A stretch of DNA of 64,000 bases from a virus, in the IMG/VR virus record IMGVR_UViG_3300045988_081377, positions 403 to 64,402 of that record; one strand, given 5' to 3'. Of the stretch, positions 15,938 to 26,267 are shown piece by piece. Position 1 is the stretch's first letter. Every line of letters starts with the position of its first letter. A program made the position numbers and the translations under genes. The notes under the pieces were generated by a model. That model saw only the letters and a list, made by a program, of their open reading frames with translations. It ran no database searches and was not told where the DNA came from.

Positions 15938-18562
15938 ATGAAAGTAGCTTGGGAAAATGACGAAGTATCAATGGGTATCTTTAACGCTAAGTATTCTAAA
16001 GATAACGAAACACCGGAGCAGTTTTGTAAACGTGTCGCATCCATAGTACCCGCGGAAATTCGTTCTTCCGTTGAGAGTATGCTTGCTGACGGTACTTTTA
16101 TGTTTGGCGGACGAACGCTATACATCGCCGGACGAGACGATGGACATAGGGCGTCGTCCTCTAACTGCTATGTACTTCCGTCACCGGAAGATAACCTTGA
16201 GAGTATTTATGATATCAACAAGAAGATGGCAAGGGTATTCTCTATGGGTGGCGGTGTTGGTATTACTATTGATAAACTTAGACCAAAGGGAGCTAAGGTA
16301 CACAACGGTGCCCATACGTCCACAGGCGCCGTATCATTCTTGAATGTATTCAATACCACTGGAGAAGTGGTAGGAGCTAACGGTAGACGTGCTGCTATTA
16401 TGGTTGCCCTTGATTGTAACCATCCTGATATTGAAGAGTTCCTGCACATCAAGGAAGAAAACAATAAGCTGTCCGCTATGAATATCAGTATCAAGTTCAC
16501 GAGAAACTTCATGGAAGCGGTACAGAACAATGAAGATGTTACACTGTACTTTCTTGCTAAGGATACCGGTGAGGTTAGTACCAAAGTTATTAACGCAAAG
16601 AAATTCTGGGATGATTTCTGTAAGGTAAACTGGGACTATGGAGACCCCGGTTGTATCTTTATTGATAGGGTGCGTGACTGGAATATGCTTTCCGGTTATG
16701 ACAACTATCTAATAAACGTATCAAACCCGTGTCTTCGTGGTGATACTGAAATTCTAACCGACAAAGGCTATTACCCAATAAAGAAGTTGGCAGGTAGTAC
16801 TGTTAAGGTATGGAATGGTATGGCGTGGAGCGAGGTGACTCCGAAAGTTACAGGGGTAAACCAGCAGATGATGAGAGTAGAGTTCTCCAACGGTTCTGTC
16901 GTTGAGTGTACACCTTACCACAAATGGAAACTGGATGATGGAACGGAAGAGGGTACATTTATTCAAACGGCATTTCTAAACGTTGGTGATACCTTATATA
17001 AGTTTAAGCTACCAACAATAGTTCCGCCCAGCTTAACAAACCCCAATAACGACCCTATTACAGTAACAAGTATATCCAGCACCTCACGTGCAGACGTTGT
17101 ATATTGTCTCAACGAACCGATGTTACACACGTTTATTGCCAATGGTGTACTAACTGGGAACTGCTCGGAATTTTTTGGTAATGACTACTCTGCCTGCAAC
17201 TTGGGCAGCCTGAACCTTTATCACTTTGTAGACAATCCATTCACACCGGAAGCTACCTTTAACTTTAACAAGTTTAAGACGGCAGTTAAGGTGGCAATCA
17301 ATGCACTAAACGCCGTGCTTGATTATGGATATAACAGACAGCCCTTTGATGAGAATAGAAAATGTATTACAGACTGGAGACAGGTAGGCTTAGGCGTGTT
17401 TGGTTATGCTGATATGTTGGTAGCCATGTGTCAAAGGTACGGAAGCCGTGATGCTATTCGTTTAACTGCCGACGTGTTTAGTACCATGCAAGAAATGGCT
17501 ATTCACGAGAGTGCTATATTAGCCGCAAAAGACGGACCATTCAAACAGTACGACTATAATAAAACGGCGGCAAGTGCTATGTTCCGTTCACTTCCTGATG
17601 ACCTGCAATACGCAGTGAAACGTATGGGGTTAAGAAACGGTGCCTTGCTATCTATTGCTCCATCGGGTAGTATCTCACTCTTAGCCGGCAGGTATTCAGG
17701 CGGGTGTGAACCGTTGTATAAACTCTATTATGAACGCACATCACATAAAATGGAAGACAGCGGTAAGTCGTTTAAGATTTACTCTAAGTCCATTGAAGAC
17801 CTGCTTAAGTTTAATAACCTGCCACTTGACTTAACGACAGAAGAAATAGAAGAGAAGTTTCCGTGGGTAATTGAAAGCCAGCAGATACCGATTGCAGATA
17901 GAGTATCTACGCAGTCAGTTATGCAGATGTTTATTGACAACGCTATTAGTTCCACCGTTAATTTGCCGGAAGACGCAACACCGGAAGATATCAGTAACGT
18001 GTACATGTCAGCATATCTTAATGGTTGTAAAGGTATCACAGTGTTCAGGGACAATTGTAAGCGTGGTAATATACTCGGAGTAAAGCACGACGAACCAGCC
18101 CCTGTTATCTTGCATGACAGTATTAAACCAGAACACAGAAGCAATATAGGAGTTCTCACAGGTAAGACGTTCACCGTTAAATCAGGAGATGGTACTAACC
18201 TATACGTAACAATCAACTGGAAAGATGGAAAGATGTTTGAAGTCTTTGTGTCTACGGAACGTCACGCCCACGAGGTAGCTGGTATTACCCGCATGGTATC
18301 TCTTGCTATGAGATGCGGAGTATCTATCCAGTCTATCATTGAACAACTATTCAAACTGTCCGCAGACTCTATCGGCTTTGCCATCGGCACAGCACTCAAC
18401 GATGCCTATGCTTTTGAAGATACCGAACAACTTGTTCAGGAAGTTGAGGTTACTAAACACAAGGATGGATTTGTCTGTCCGGAATGTGGCGGTAAAGATG
18501 TCAAGCTTGTAGGTCACTGCTGGGAGTGTGCTGTATGTGGGGCAGGTGGGTGTTCCGTCTGA
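15938..18562 (+). CDS. nrdJ: Ribonucleotide reductase, class II (NrdJ)-like, interrupted by a mini-intein
   Basis: 'GGGVGITIDKLRPKGA', 'STGAVSFLNVFN', and a split active-site loop 'SNP|C...N|CSEF'. C-terminal Cys-rich tail 'CPECGGKDVKLVGHCWECAVCG' (CxxC..CxxC), as in many class II RNRs. No beta-subunit gene is present in the window. Confidence 0.75.
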   Translation: MKVAWENDEVSMGIFNAKYSKDNETPEQFCKRVASIVPAEIRSSVESMLADGTFMFGGRTLYIAGRDDGHRASSSNCYVLPSPEDNLESIYDINKKMARVFSMGGGVGITIDKLRPKGAKVHNGAHTSTGAVSFLNVFNTTGEVVGANGRRAAIMVALDCNHPDIEEFLHIKEENNKLSAMNISIKFTRNFMEAVQNNEDVTLYFLAKDTGEVSTKVINAKKFWDDFCKVNWDYGDPGCIFIDRVRDWNMLSGYDNYLINVSNPCLRGDTEILTDKGYYPIKKLAGSTVKVWNGMAWSEVTPKVTGVNQQMMRVEFSNGSVVECTPYHKWKLDDGTEEGTFIQTAFLNVGDTLYKFKLPTIVPPSLTNPNNDPITVTSISSTSRADVVYCLNEPMLHTFIANGVLTGNCSEFFGNDYSACNLGSLNLYHFVDNPFTPEATFNFNKFKTAVKVAINALNAVLDYGYNRQPFDENRKCITDWRQVGLGVFGYADMLVAMCQRYGSRDAIRLTADVFSTMQEMAIHESAILAAKDGPFKQYDYNKTAASAMFRSLPDDLQYAVKRMGLRNGALLSIAPSGSISLLAGRYSGGCEPLYKLYYERTSHKMEDSGKSFKIYSKSIEDLLKFNNLPLDLTTEEIEEKFPWVIESQQIPIADRVSTQSVMQMFIDNAISSTVNLPEDATPEDISNVYMSAYLNGCKGITVFRDNCKRGNILGVKHDEPAPVILHDSIKPEHRSNIGVLTGKTFTVKSGDGTNLYVTINWKDGKMFEVFVSTERHAHEVAGITRMVSLAMRCGVSIQSIIEQLFKLSADSIGFAIGTALNDAYAFEDTEQLVQEVEVTKHKDGFVCPECGGKDVKLVGHCWECAVCGAGGCSV
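16730..17161 (+). mobile_element. Mini-intein (144 aa, no homing-endonuclease domain) in the RNR catalytic loop
   Basis: It begins 'CLRGDTEILT' (aa 265) and ends 'FIANGVLTGN' (aa 408), followed by +1 Cys ('CSEFFG'). Removal restores 'SNPCSEF'. Confidence 0.75.
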
Positions 18563-18569
18563 GGTTGCT

Positions 18570-18950
18570 ATGCCTAACACAGTAAAATTTATGGACAAGA
18601 TGATTGCTGAATACAAAAAAGGCATACGCTCCGACAAGAACGTATGCCAAAGTATTCGCAATGTGACAAGGGTAAATGAAAGGCAATGGTCATATGATTA
18701 CCAGCGGGTAGCAGAGAAGATGGCTGCGTACAGCACTAAGCAGACAGAAGAAAGCTGTGAAGATAAAACAATACAGCAGGAAGAAACCAACATGAAACAG
18801 CGTGTGCTTGATACCCTTAAGGATTTATACGGAGAAAGAGAATATAAAAGGATGCTCAAGGAACCCGGTAAGTATGCTTCACGTATTAGGGAAGATATAG
18901 CACAAGGCAGATTAGGTAAAGAGTTACAGGAATATTTCAGAGGTGAATGA
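18570..18950 (+). CDS. Hypothetical protein
   Basis: ATG at 18570, just after the RNR stop. The track ORF starts earlier, inside the RNR gene. Confidence 0.45.
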   Translation: MPNTVKFMDKMIAEYKKGIRSDKNVCQSIRNVTRVNERQWSYDYQRVAEKMAAYSTKQTEESCEDKTIQQEETNMKQRVLDTLKDLYGEREYKRMLKEPGKYASRIREDIAQGRLGKELQEYFRGE

Positions 18951-19754
18951 ATGATAAAACAAGAACGACTTATATCAGAAACTTTTAAACAACACGTGAT
19001 GAAGACGAGGGTGGAAGGTAATTACGGGTACCTTGCCGTACTGTCTGATATTCACATAGGACTTAATAGTAGAGAATATTTGCAACAGGAATTGAAGTTC
19101 CTTAACTCATTGCCTGATAATGTTAAGGTTGTTATTGGTGGGGATGCAACCAATACCACCACTAAGAACAGCAAAGGCAGCATACGAGAAGAAACATTAG
19201 TAGGTGACGAACAAGTTTACGCACTGTATGAAGACCTCAAGCCATTGTATAACAGCGGTAAACTATTAGGGATTACATCAGGTAATCATCCTAATAGGGT
19301 ATACAATGAGACGTACATATCTATTGAGGGGTTTGTAGCTACTCTCTTAGGTGATAAGTCACTATTCAAAGGCAGCCAAGGTGTAGTATACTTCAACGTT
19401 AATAAGAATTGTTACGTTCATTACATCATACACAAGCATACACAGCGTAAAGATGCCTACGATTATTTCAATGCTGATGCTACGTGGAAAGAACACCTGC
19501 ACCGCCCTGAGGTTACGCCAAAGATAGCTGTATCACATAACCTATTTGCTAAGACGCCGGTGGCAAGAGTGTGCTATGAAATCAAACAGCCAGCGTTTCA
19601 AGTGTATCCTGATTACGTACAGAAAAGTGGTGGGCGTCCTTTACCGTTAGGGTATTACATCTGTCAGATGTCTGGTGACATACATGACAGACGGCTCACA
19701 CCTATATGGAATGAGGACTTTAAGCGGCTGCTTGATTGTGGTATGAAACTATAA
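18951..19754 (+). CDS. Calcineurin-like metallophosphoesterase
   Basis: 'LAVLSDIHIG', 'GGDATN' and 'SGNHPN' (the D-x-H / GD / GNH motif series). Confidence 0.7.
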   Translation: MIKQERLISETFKQHVMKTRVEGNYGYLAVLSDIHIGLNSREYLQQELKFLNSLPDNVKVVIGGDATNTTTKNSKGSIREETLVGDEQVYALYEDLKPLYNSGKLLGITSGNHPNRVYNETYISIEGFVATLLGDKSLFKGSQGVVYFNVNKNCYVHYIIHKHTQRKDAYDYFNADATWKEHLHRPEVTPKIAVSHNLFAKTPVARVCYEIKQPAFQVYPDYVQKSGGRPLPLGYYICQMSGDIHDRRLTPIWNEDFKRLLDCGMKL

Positions 19755-19766
19755 GGTGGTGATACA

Positions 19767-20282
19767 ATGGAAAATGACTCACCATATAAACGGTACGCCA
19801 ACAAAAACTTTAACAGTTTAAAAGGCAAGCAAGTTAAAAAAGGGTACGCTTATAAGAGACCGATATCAGAAAAGGATATACAGATTGCCACAATGGTATC
19901 ACAAGGTACGCCAATAACTCAAGCCAAAGCAGCGGTAGGGTTAAAAGGAAGTGCCTTAAGTAGGAACGTCAAGGACTTAGTCAAGTTTAAACAGGAACAA
20001 ATGAGGGAAAAGTTTCTTGAGGATAGTGTAGAGATATACGAAAACCTAAAAGGCTTAGCACTCAATGCCCGTTCTGAAATGGTACGCTTTCAAGCAAGTA
20101 AAGATATCCTTGATAGGGCTGGGCTTGCACCTATCGATAAGAAAGAAATCAACGAACAGAAGTTTATTTCCACAGATAGCAAGATAACGTATGACCTGCT
20201 TAACAGGTTTAAAGCATTAGAGCTTGAAGGGGATAAGGTTAATCCTGACATCACAACGATAGATGCAGATAATGACAACTAA
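19767..20282 (+). CDS. HTH-type DNA-binding protein with terminase small-subunit-like features (tentative)
   Basis: 'QIATMVSQGTPITQAKAAVGLKGSALSRN' (HTH-like) and 'ARSEMVRFQASKDILDRAGL', reminiscent of small terminases. It is not adjacent to TerL. Confidence 0.3.
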   Translation: MENDSPYKRYANKNFNSLKGKQVKKGYAYKRPISEKDIQIATMVSQGTPITQAKAAVGLKGSALSRNVKDLVKFKQEQMREKFLEDSVEIYENLKGLALNARSEMVRFQASKDILDRAGLAPIDKKEINEQKFISTDSKITYDLLNRFKALELEGDKVNPDITTIDADNDN

Positions 20283-20310
20283 AAAAGGGACGCTTTAGGC
20301 GTCCCTTTTA
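20281..20310. terminator. Bidirectional terminator at the convergence of the + and - blocks
   Basis: 9-bp stem 'aagggacgc'/'gcgtccctt' flanked by an A-run upstream and T-run downstream. It lies between stops at 20282 (+) and 20319 (-). Confidence 0.75.
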
Positions 20311-20318
20311 AAGTGTCG

Positions 20319-21644
20319 TTATAACAATTCTGTATTAAGTTGTGTGAGGATACTGTTTAACGACTGTGTGTCTTTGGTGTGTATATAGTCATGCAGTCTA
20401 CTTATGTTATTCATAACATCTGTATCCTGCTCTCGTATTCCTGTGTCTATTATGTTGTCGGCTATCACCGCCTTTATGTCCTGTTGTTCTAATCTATACT
20501 CGTCAAAACTATTCTTTACAATCAAGAAGTAAACATCGACAAACCTATCCTGTCCTTGTCTTGCACATCTTGCTATTGCCTGCGCTAATATGCCTTTGTT
20601 CCATGGGTATTCTAAGAACACCACATCACATGAGTTAGTGAAGTTATGTCCTACACTGGCACAGTTAATGCTGCATAGTATGCCAAGTGTTATCCCTGAT
20701 TTAAATAACTGTATCTGTCTTGCTTTCTCTTTGGCTGATAAATCACCATGAACCACAGACAGGACGGGTAAAGCTTTAGCAATCGCCTCTATCAACGCCT
20801 TGTGATGGGCAAAGATAACCAACGATATACCTTGCTTAAGTCTTTCCTTTATCCAGTTAATACAGCGTTGCTGTTTAAACTGTACTATCTTCTTCTCTGT
20901 GTGTTCAATGTTACAAATATCTCTGGACACTAACGGCTGTCCCGCATATGTTCCTATGTACTCTTGATGTATAGAGTACGGATAGGCTGGCAGCCCTAAG
21001 CTGTTCCATGTTCTGCGCACAATATATTTGTTTATCCTGCGCTGTAACTCTTCCGTTCTGCTAACACTATCTAAGTACACGACACTATCTTTTGACAGTT
21101 CTCTCATGTACCTGTACTTGAAAGCTTCTTCCCCATGGAAGTCTTGCAGCTTCTTACCCACGTATAACAAACCAATTAAATCGTCCGGTCTATTAAGTAT
21201 GGGCGTACCGGTTAGCATCATAGGATTGCCTACTAAGTCTACCAGTCTGCGTGCCTCTTGTGTTCTTGCCGCGTGTATGTTCTTTAAGTTATGTGCTTCA
21301 TCAAATACTACCCCCTTATACCGTGTAACTGTTTCACCTAAATCGTCAATGAGTTTTCCAATCCTTTCATAATTTGTAATGATAACATCTTGTCCGTAAC
21401 AATCAGTCTCTATTAACTTGTGTGTCCATATTTGTAATTCGTTCTGCCAGTTATACTTAAGTGAGGCAGGACAGATAACAATGTACTTACCAGCTGTCTT
21501 CTCCATGTATTCAATAGCTTGTGCAGTCTTGCCCATGCCCATTACATCGGCTTGTATAAACACATTGTCATCCATCATACGACTTACGCCCTGTATTTGA
21601 TACCACTTAAGCCGAGACATTACAGGACTCGATAAACAATTCAT
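20319..21644 (-). CDS. SNF2-family ATPase/helicase
   Basis: 'DVMGMGKTAQAI' (motif I), 'DEAHNLKN' (II), 'LTGTPILNR' (III), 'QAIARCARQGQ' (VI). Its start overlaps the upstream gene by 38 nt. Confidence 0.85.
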   Translation of the reverse strand: MNCLSSPVMSRLKWYQIQGVSRMMDDNVFIQADVMGMGKTAQAIEYMEKTAGKYIVICPASLKYNWQNELQIWTHKLIETDCYGQDVIITNYERIGKLIDDLGETVTRYKGVVFDEAHNLKNIHAARTQEARRLVDLVGNPMMLTGTPILNRPDDLIGLLYVGKKLQDFHGEEAFKYRYMRELSKDSVVYLDSVSRTEELQRRINKYIVRRTWNSLGLPAYPYSIHQEYIGTYAGQPLVSRDICNIEHTEKKIVQFKQQRCINWIKERLKQGISLVIFAHHKALIEAIAKALPVLSVVHGDLSAKEKARQIQLFKSGITLGILCSINCASVGHNFTNSCDVVFLEYPWNKGILAQAIARCARQGQDRFVDVYFLIVKNSFDEYRLEQQDIKAVIADNIIDTGIREQDTDVMNNISRLHDYIHTKDTQSLNSILTQLNTELL

Positions 21645-23988
21645 CTGATAACAGATGTGTATATCTCTTTTCTATTGCAATGTCTTTTATCTTTTCCCAA
21701 CTCATCTCCTTGCGCGGTAACAGTGACATATCTGATAGGCAGTCCACAAATTCTACAATTGATTTAACTCTGTCGGCGTTTGTTGTGCTGGCAAAGAACC
21801 TAAACTCTACGGTGTTCCGTGGTTTTATATTAATGCCACGTGTATGGTTTCTGCGCTGTTCATATTCGTACATTAATTCTTCGTTGGATTTATCCATACG
21901 TTGACGAGTATTTTCTATATTGAAATACATCGCCGCCCACTCGTTAAACTTACCCTCTGTACGTCCTGAAAAACAAAAGATATTCTGTCTATACAAATCA
22001 GCAAACATAATTAGGTCTGCTATCTTATTTTTATCTTTCCAGAAATCCCTGCTCACATGCACGTGTATACCACTGCCGCTGGCGTCTTCGTACCCTAAGC
22101 GCTTAGCTCTATCTACCACCGTTTCCCAACCGAAATCTTTAATATGATATCCCACCGAACACGGCTCAGTTACCAATTCAAGACCACGAGTTAGTGAGCC
22201 ATCTCTCTTTGCATACAGTTCATTAAACCCATTACAGATTTTCTCTGCGTTCTCATCGGTTGTTCCGCCGTACATTAACTCCAGCTCTACACCCATGTAC
22301 TTGTGGTTATCAGTCTTACCAAAGAACGTTGGTGTCGGTTTATATCCATACTGATGTACGTGTGTACACTTTAAACTAATAACATCGTTGTACTCCGGTC
22401 TGTATCTTCCCAACTCTGCCGGTATCTTTCCTCTATGTACAAGTGATGGTTTGAAATAAATGTCTTCGCCCTCTCTGCTCTTAACTAAGATACGGTTTCT
22501 CTCGTTGTTCACAGTAAATGTTTTCATACCACAGTTATGTTTCTGTGCGTACTCTTGCGTTACTCTAACCATAGTAAACCCTTTGTCTGTATTGAGTTTA
22601 CCTTTGTGTAAACTTTTGTGTTCTATACAGCACGAACGAATGTGTGTGCTATGTGTACGACCATCCTCATCAACGTACAAGAGTGGAATATCGCGTTTGG
22701 TTTTTGGTGGAATTAGGCTGCCGCAAATAGGACAACGAACACCATCCCAAAGGTAATAGTACGCTGGGATGTTGTGTTCTCCCATGTACTTTATCACAGC
22801 GCCGCTGGTTGATGTCTTAATAATGTCACTTGCCTTTATCATTGCCAATGTTTTTTTGTCTGGTACCCAAATATTATTTTCATCGTCATGAACATGCACG
22901 TGGTACATTTCAGCAATAGTGTTTAGTGGATTTTTGTACGCCAATTCCGGTGAGTACATGGTTTTAGTTTTATTTAACCTAACAACATGTGCGCGTGGTA
23001 TATACCATCCATCACCGCCTTTCATAAAATATTTCCGTATCGTTGCTGGAGTAGTTCTTATGTACCTATACTTCTTATGGTCTTTCACCTTATAAAGTTT
23101 CAGTATACCCGGCGACATAACGCAACCGTTTACCGAGTCGTAACATTGAGCGGCAATTTTTACGAACGGATTACCGGTACAATTCATATAACGGATAAAA
23201 CTATCAACGCCAGTATCTATACTGTGCCTACCGTTCATGGTTGGAGCGTTGTTTTCCCTTCTGAATTTTGGATAATAAGAACTACCAATTCTACACCTAC
23301 CGTCGAACGACTCTCTTATGTACCATTGTAATAACGGTCTATTACTGGCGTGAGTTGAACGTACTACACCAGTAGGCAATCCTAAGTTGCCAATAAATAA
23401 AGTGTTGACGTCTGGTAATTCTCTTAACAACTTAACGTCAGGACGTACCACAACATAATGTAACTTATCAACTCCATACCAAAAACAATCTCCCAATGGT
23501 TGTCTTCTTGCCGTGGTCTGTCTTGAGTATAAACACGGAGTATCCTCAGGGACTTCCGCAGCGGGCGACTTAACAAGGCGGCAGTTACGTACCGTGTATA
23601 TGTTGTTGTTATACTTAAGTACATATCTCATGTCCGGAAGTATAGCCACCTGACTATCATGAACATCTTTCCACGTACCAATCTTAAACATGTAATCTTG
23701 GTTCATCCATCTTTTTATTTCAAGTGTACGTGATAACAGTTCCATCCTCTGATGTGGGTCATCAGGCAGCACTATACCAAAGCTACTACCTTTATCGTAA
23801 CCGGCATACATATAGTATAACCTAAGCTCCATATTACTTATGTTTCTCGATACGTATATTATAAAACCACTGTCACTCGACTGTAATCTTTTAATCGTTG
23901 GAGTAAAACTTAATTCAAATTTTCCTACAACCGCACCACTTAACTGTTGTATGTATTCCTGTTCTGTTGCTGGTGTTATCTCACTCAT
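21607..23988 (-). CDS. Large protein: unknown ~545-aa N-terminal region (Zn-ribbon) + C-terminal amidoligase (GS/GCS2-like, Pfam Amidoligase_2-type) domain, paralog B
   Basis: C-terminus has 'YMGVELELMYGG', 'DGSLTRGLELVTEPCS', 'SGIHVHVS' and 'TVEFRFFASTT'. 'CPICG....CCIEH' lies near aa 419-457. Homologous along its whole length to 23985..26267. Confidence 0.6.
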   Translation of the reverse strand: MSEITPATEQEYIQQLSGAVVGKFELSFTPTIKRLQSSDSGFIIYVSRNISNMELRLYYMYAGYDKGSSFGIVLPDDPHQRMELLSRTLEIKRWMNQDYMFKIGTWKDVHDSQVAILPDMRYVLKYNNNIYTVRNCRLVKSPAAEVPEDTPCLYSRQTTARRQPLGDCFWYGVDKLHYVVVRPDVKLLRELPDVNTLFIGNLGLPTGVVRSTHASNRPLLQWYIRESFDGRCRIGSSYYPKFRRENNAPTMNGRHSIDTGVDSFIRYMNCTGNPFVKIAAQCYDSVNGCVMSPGILKLYKVKDHKKYRYIRTTPATIRKYFMKGGDGWYIPRAHVVRLNKTKTMYSPELAYKNPLNTIAEMYHVHVHDDENNIWVPDKKTLAMIKASDIIKTSTSGAVIKYMGEHNIPAYYYLWDGVRCPICGSLIPPKTKRDIPLLYVDEDGRTHSTHIRSCCIEHKSLHKGKLNTDKGFTMVRVTQEYAQKHNCGMKTFTVNNERNRILVKSREGEDIYFKPSLVHRGKIPAELGRYRPEYNDVISLKCTHVHQYGYKPTPTFFGKTDNHKYMGVELELMYGGTTDENAEKICNGFNELYAKRDGSLTRGLELVTEPCSVGYHIKDFGWETVVDRAKRLGYEDASGSGIHVHVSRDFWKDKNKIADLIMFADLYRQNIFCFSGRTEGKFNEWAAMYFNIENTRQRMDKSNEELMYEYEQRRNHTRGINIKPRNTVEFRFFASTTNADRVKSIVEFVDCLSDMSLLPRKEMSWEKIKDIAIEKRYTHLLSDELFIESCNVSA

Positions 23989-26267
23989 AACTGTGTCTCC
24001 TCTCTTGTAAATGTAGTGTCATCAAGTAATTCCGTGTAGCCCTTTCGTTCCGCAATATCAAACAACTTATTCCAGTAAATATCCTTAGGCGGTAGTAACG
24101 ATAGGTCCGTTAAGCAATCGGTAAACTGCAAGATGGAATGTAGCCGCTTAATATCTAACGTGCTGGCAAACAATCTAATCTCTACTGTGTCAGCCGGCTT
24201 GAGATTTACAGCGTAATGATGCTGGCTGCTGTTGTTGTACTTATTGTACATTGACTTGTAATTACTTACACAATCGCTAAGCGGTACTATAAATCCATAT
24301 GGTTTCGCCCACCTATTAAACTCATCTTTACCTCTGCGAGCATAAATTCTTAACCTCTCTCTGTACCTATCGGTAAACCAGCACAGCTTTACTATCCCTG
24401 ATGTTATGTACTTACCCCAAAACTTCTTGCTTACGTGTACGTGGATACCACTGCCTTGTCTTGCCGTGTACCCCAATGCATTAGCGGTGTTCAAAACATA
24501 TTCCCACTTGAGGTTAGACAGGTGGTAGTCTAACGAGCATGGCTCTGTAATTAACTCAAAACCCTCGTCAAGTGACGAGTCTGTCTTGCAATACATTTCA
24601 GGAACCAGCTTACAGATTTTAGTTGCGCTACTATTGCTAACGCCACCATCCATAAGCTCAAGCTCAACGCCCATAAACTTATGGTTAGATGTCTGACCAA
24701 AGAACATTGGACGTGGCTTAAACCAATAGTTTTGAATAGATGTACACAACTTGTACGCCGTACCATCAGACTGGAAGTATATATCTGCACGAGGGGTACC
24801 ATCTACACCACATAAACTTTGTTTCAGCACACGTCGTATGACGTCGTTTCTCTCATGCACTATTGTTATGTTATCGGACGGAGTAAGGACTGTATCAGGT
24901 AAACGAAAGTGGTCTTTGAAATAATCAGCAACAACATCTACCGCACGTAACTCGATTGTAAGATATGTTTTATCATCAAGTTCAAGGATGGGCATGTTGT
25001 GCAGGCACTCTTTACATACCTTGTATATCTTAATTGTATGCTCCCATGGAACAACGATTGTTTGATACCCCACCGAAACTTGTATCTGCCCACAGTTATC
25101 ACAAGGGTTTGAGTTCCACAAAGGTGAGAAGTACACCCCGTCTGGTTTCATTGGTACAGTATCAGGCAACCATGTGAGAGTTTCCTTGTCACGATAATAC
25201 CCTGAGGTTTCTGTGATAGGCGTATCATTATTTATAATGAAGTCCCACCTCTCGGCTAAGTCCTCATTGTATTCGAACGTTGACGGACCGGTTCGTACAA
25301 CAAACAGACGCGGATAATATTTATCACCAATCTTGATAAAATGTTTGTTAAAGTTTTCCTCTGTTGTGTGTATAACCCTCTGGTCATAAGGCTGTACGTC
25401 TACTCTATGCATACTTAACGTACACTCTGTCGGTACGTTATCTACGATATCGTAATTACATAAGTGAGTACCCCTTACATACTGTTTAGTGTCGTTACCC
25501 AATAAAGTATTGGACAAAGCATTTCTGCGCCTATAATCCGACCCCTCGATAGGATAATATTCATACTCACCATCGGTAGACAATATGCTATCCCTATTGA
25601 TTACCTGTATCATTGACTGATAACCGTCATCAATCACATCCTGCACGTACATTATGTCGTTGTCTGTACCCTCTCTTTGTGGTATAAACATGACACCCAA
25701 CTGTACATATGTGTTCCACAAAAACAGTTTGTTTACTTTACCTAACGCACGGAATAGTTCCTGGTCGGATGGTACTAATGTTTGATGTCCATTAAATATA
25801 CCGCCGTAATATATACCGCTGTTTAATTCGACGGAATTTCTTTCTGTGTTACATGCCCGTGTCCACACCACCTTGTCATAAGGCTTTGGTTCATACACAC
25901 GCAGGTACTGCGAACTCTCAATGTAATAAGCCATGCCATTGTACTTCAAACAGTATTCAAACTTACCGTTAAAGAATATAGAGTTATTCTCCACATCCTT
26001 AAACTCACTAATCATCCAGTGGTGTATGTCACCTAACCATGCGTCCTTATGTAACCTATGTTTCAAAAACAACTCCATAAAATCAAGTGAGTTAATGTTA
26101 CATTCAAACCATGACGTAATGTCGTGGTGAAAGTAATGGTTGATGTTCCTTATTGGTTTGTGTACCATCAACATCTTACCATCACATATACGGAAAGCAA
26201 CGTAATTACTATCGCCTAAGTGTTCACGCTTTAACCTTTCCACCTCACACAGTTCCATATTTCTCAC
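23985..26267 (-). CDS. Large protein: unknown ~520-aa N-terminal region (Zn-ribbon) + C-terminal amidoligase domain, paralog A
   Basis: C-terminus has 'FMGVELELMDGG', 'DSSLDEGFELITEPCS', 'SGIHVHVS' and 'TVEIRLFASTL'. 'CDNCG...CKECLH' is at aa 389-423 (nt ~25005-25103). It makes 4-nt overlaps with both neighbours. Confidence 0.6.
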   Translation of the reverse strand: MRNMELCEVERLKREHLGDSNYVAFRICDGKMLMVHKPIRNINHYFHHDITSWFECNINSLDFMELFLKHRLHKDAWLGDIHHWMISEFKDVENNSIFFNGKFEYCLKYNGMAYYIESSQYLRVYEPKPYDKVVWTRACNTERNSVELNSGIYYGGIFNGHQTLVPSDQELFRALGKVNKLFLWNTYVQLGVMFIPQREGTDNDIMYVQDVIDDGYQSMIQVINRDSILSTDGEYEYYPIEGSDYRRRNALSNTLLGNDTKQYVRGTHLCNYDIVDNVPTECTLSMHRVDVQPYDQRVIHTTEENFNKHFIKIGDKYYPRLFVVRTGPSTFEYNEDLAERWDFIINNDTPITETSGYYRDKETLTWLPDTVPMKPDGVYFSPLWNSNPCDNCGQIQVSVGYQTIVVPWEHTIKIYKVCKECLHNMPILELDDKTYLTIELRAVDVVADYFKDHFRLPDTVLTPSDNITIVHERNDVIRRVLKQSLCGVDGTPRADIYFQSDGTAYKLCTSIQNYWFKPRPMFFGQTSNHKFMGVELELMDGGVSNSSATKICKLVPEMYCKTDSSLDEGFELITEPCSLDYHLSNLKWEYVLNTANALGYTARQGSGIHVHVSKKFWGKYITSGIVKLCWFTDRYRERLRIYARRGKDEFNRWAKPYGFIVPLSDCVSNYKSMYNKYNNSSQHHYAVNLKPADTVEIRLFASTLDIKRLHSILQFTDCLTDLSLLPPKDIYWNKLFDIAERKGYTELLDDTTFTREETQL

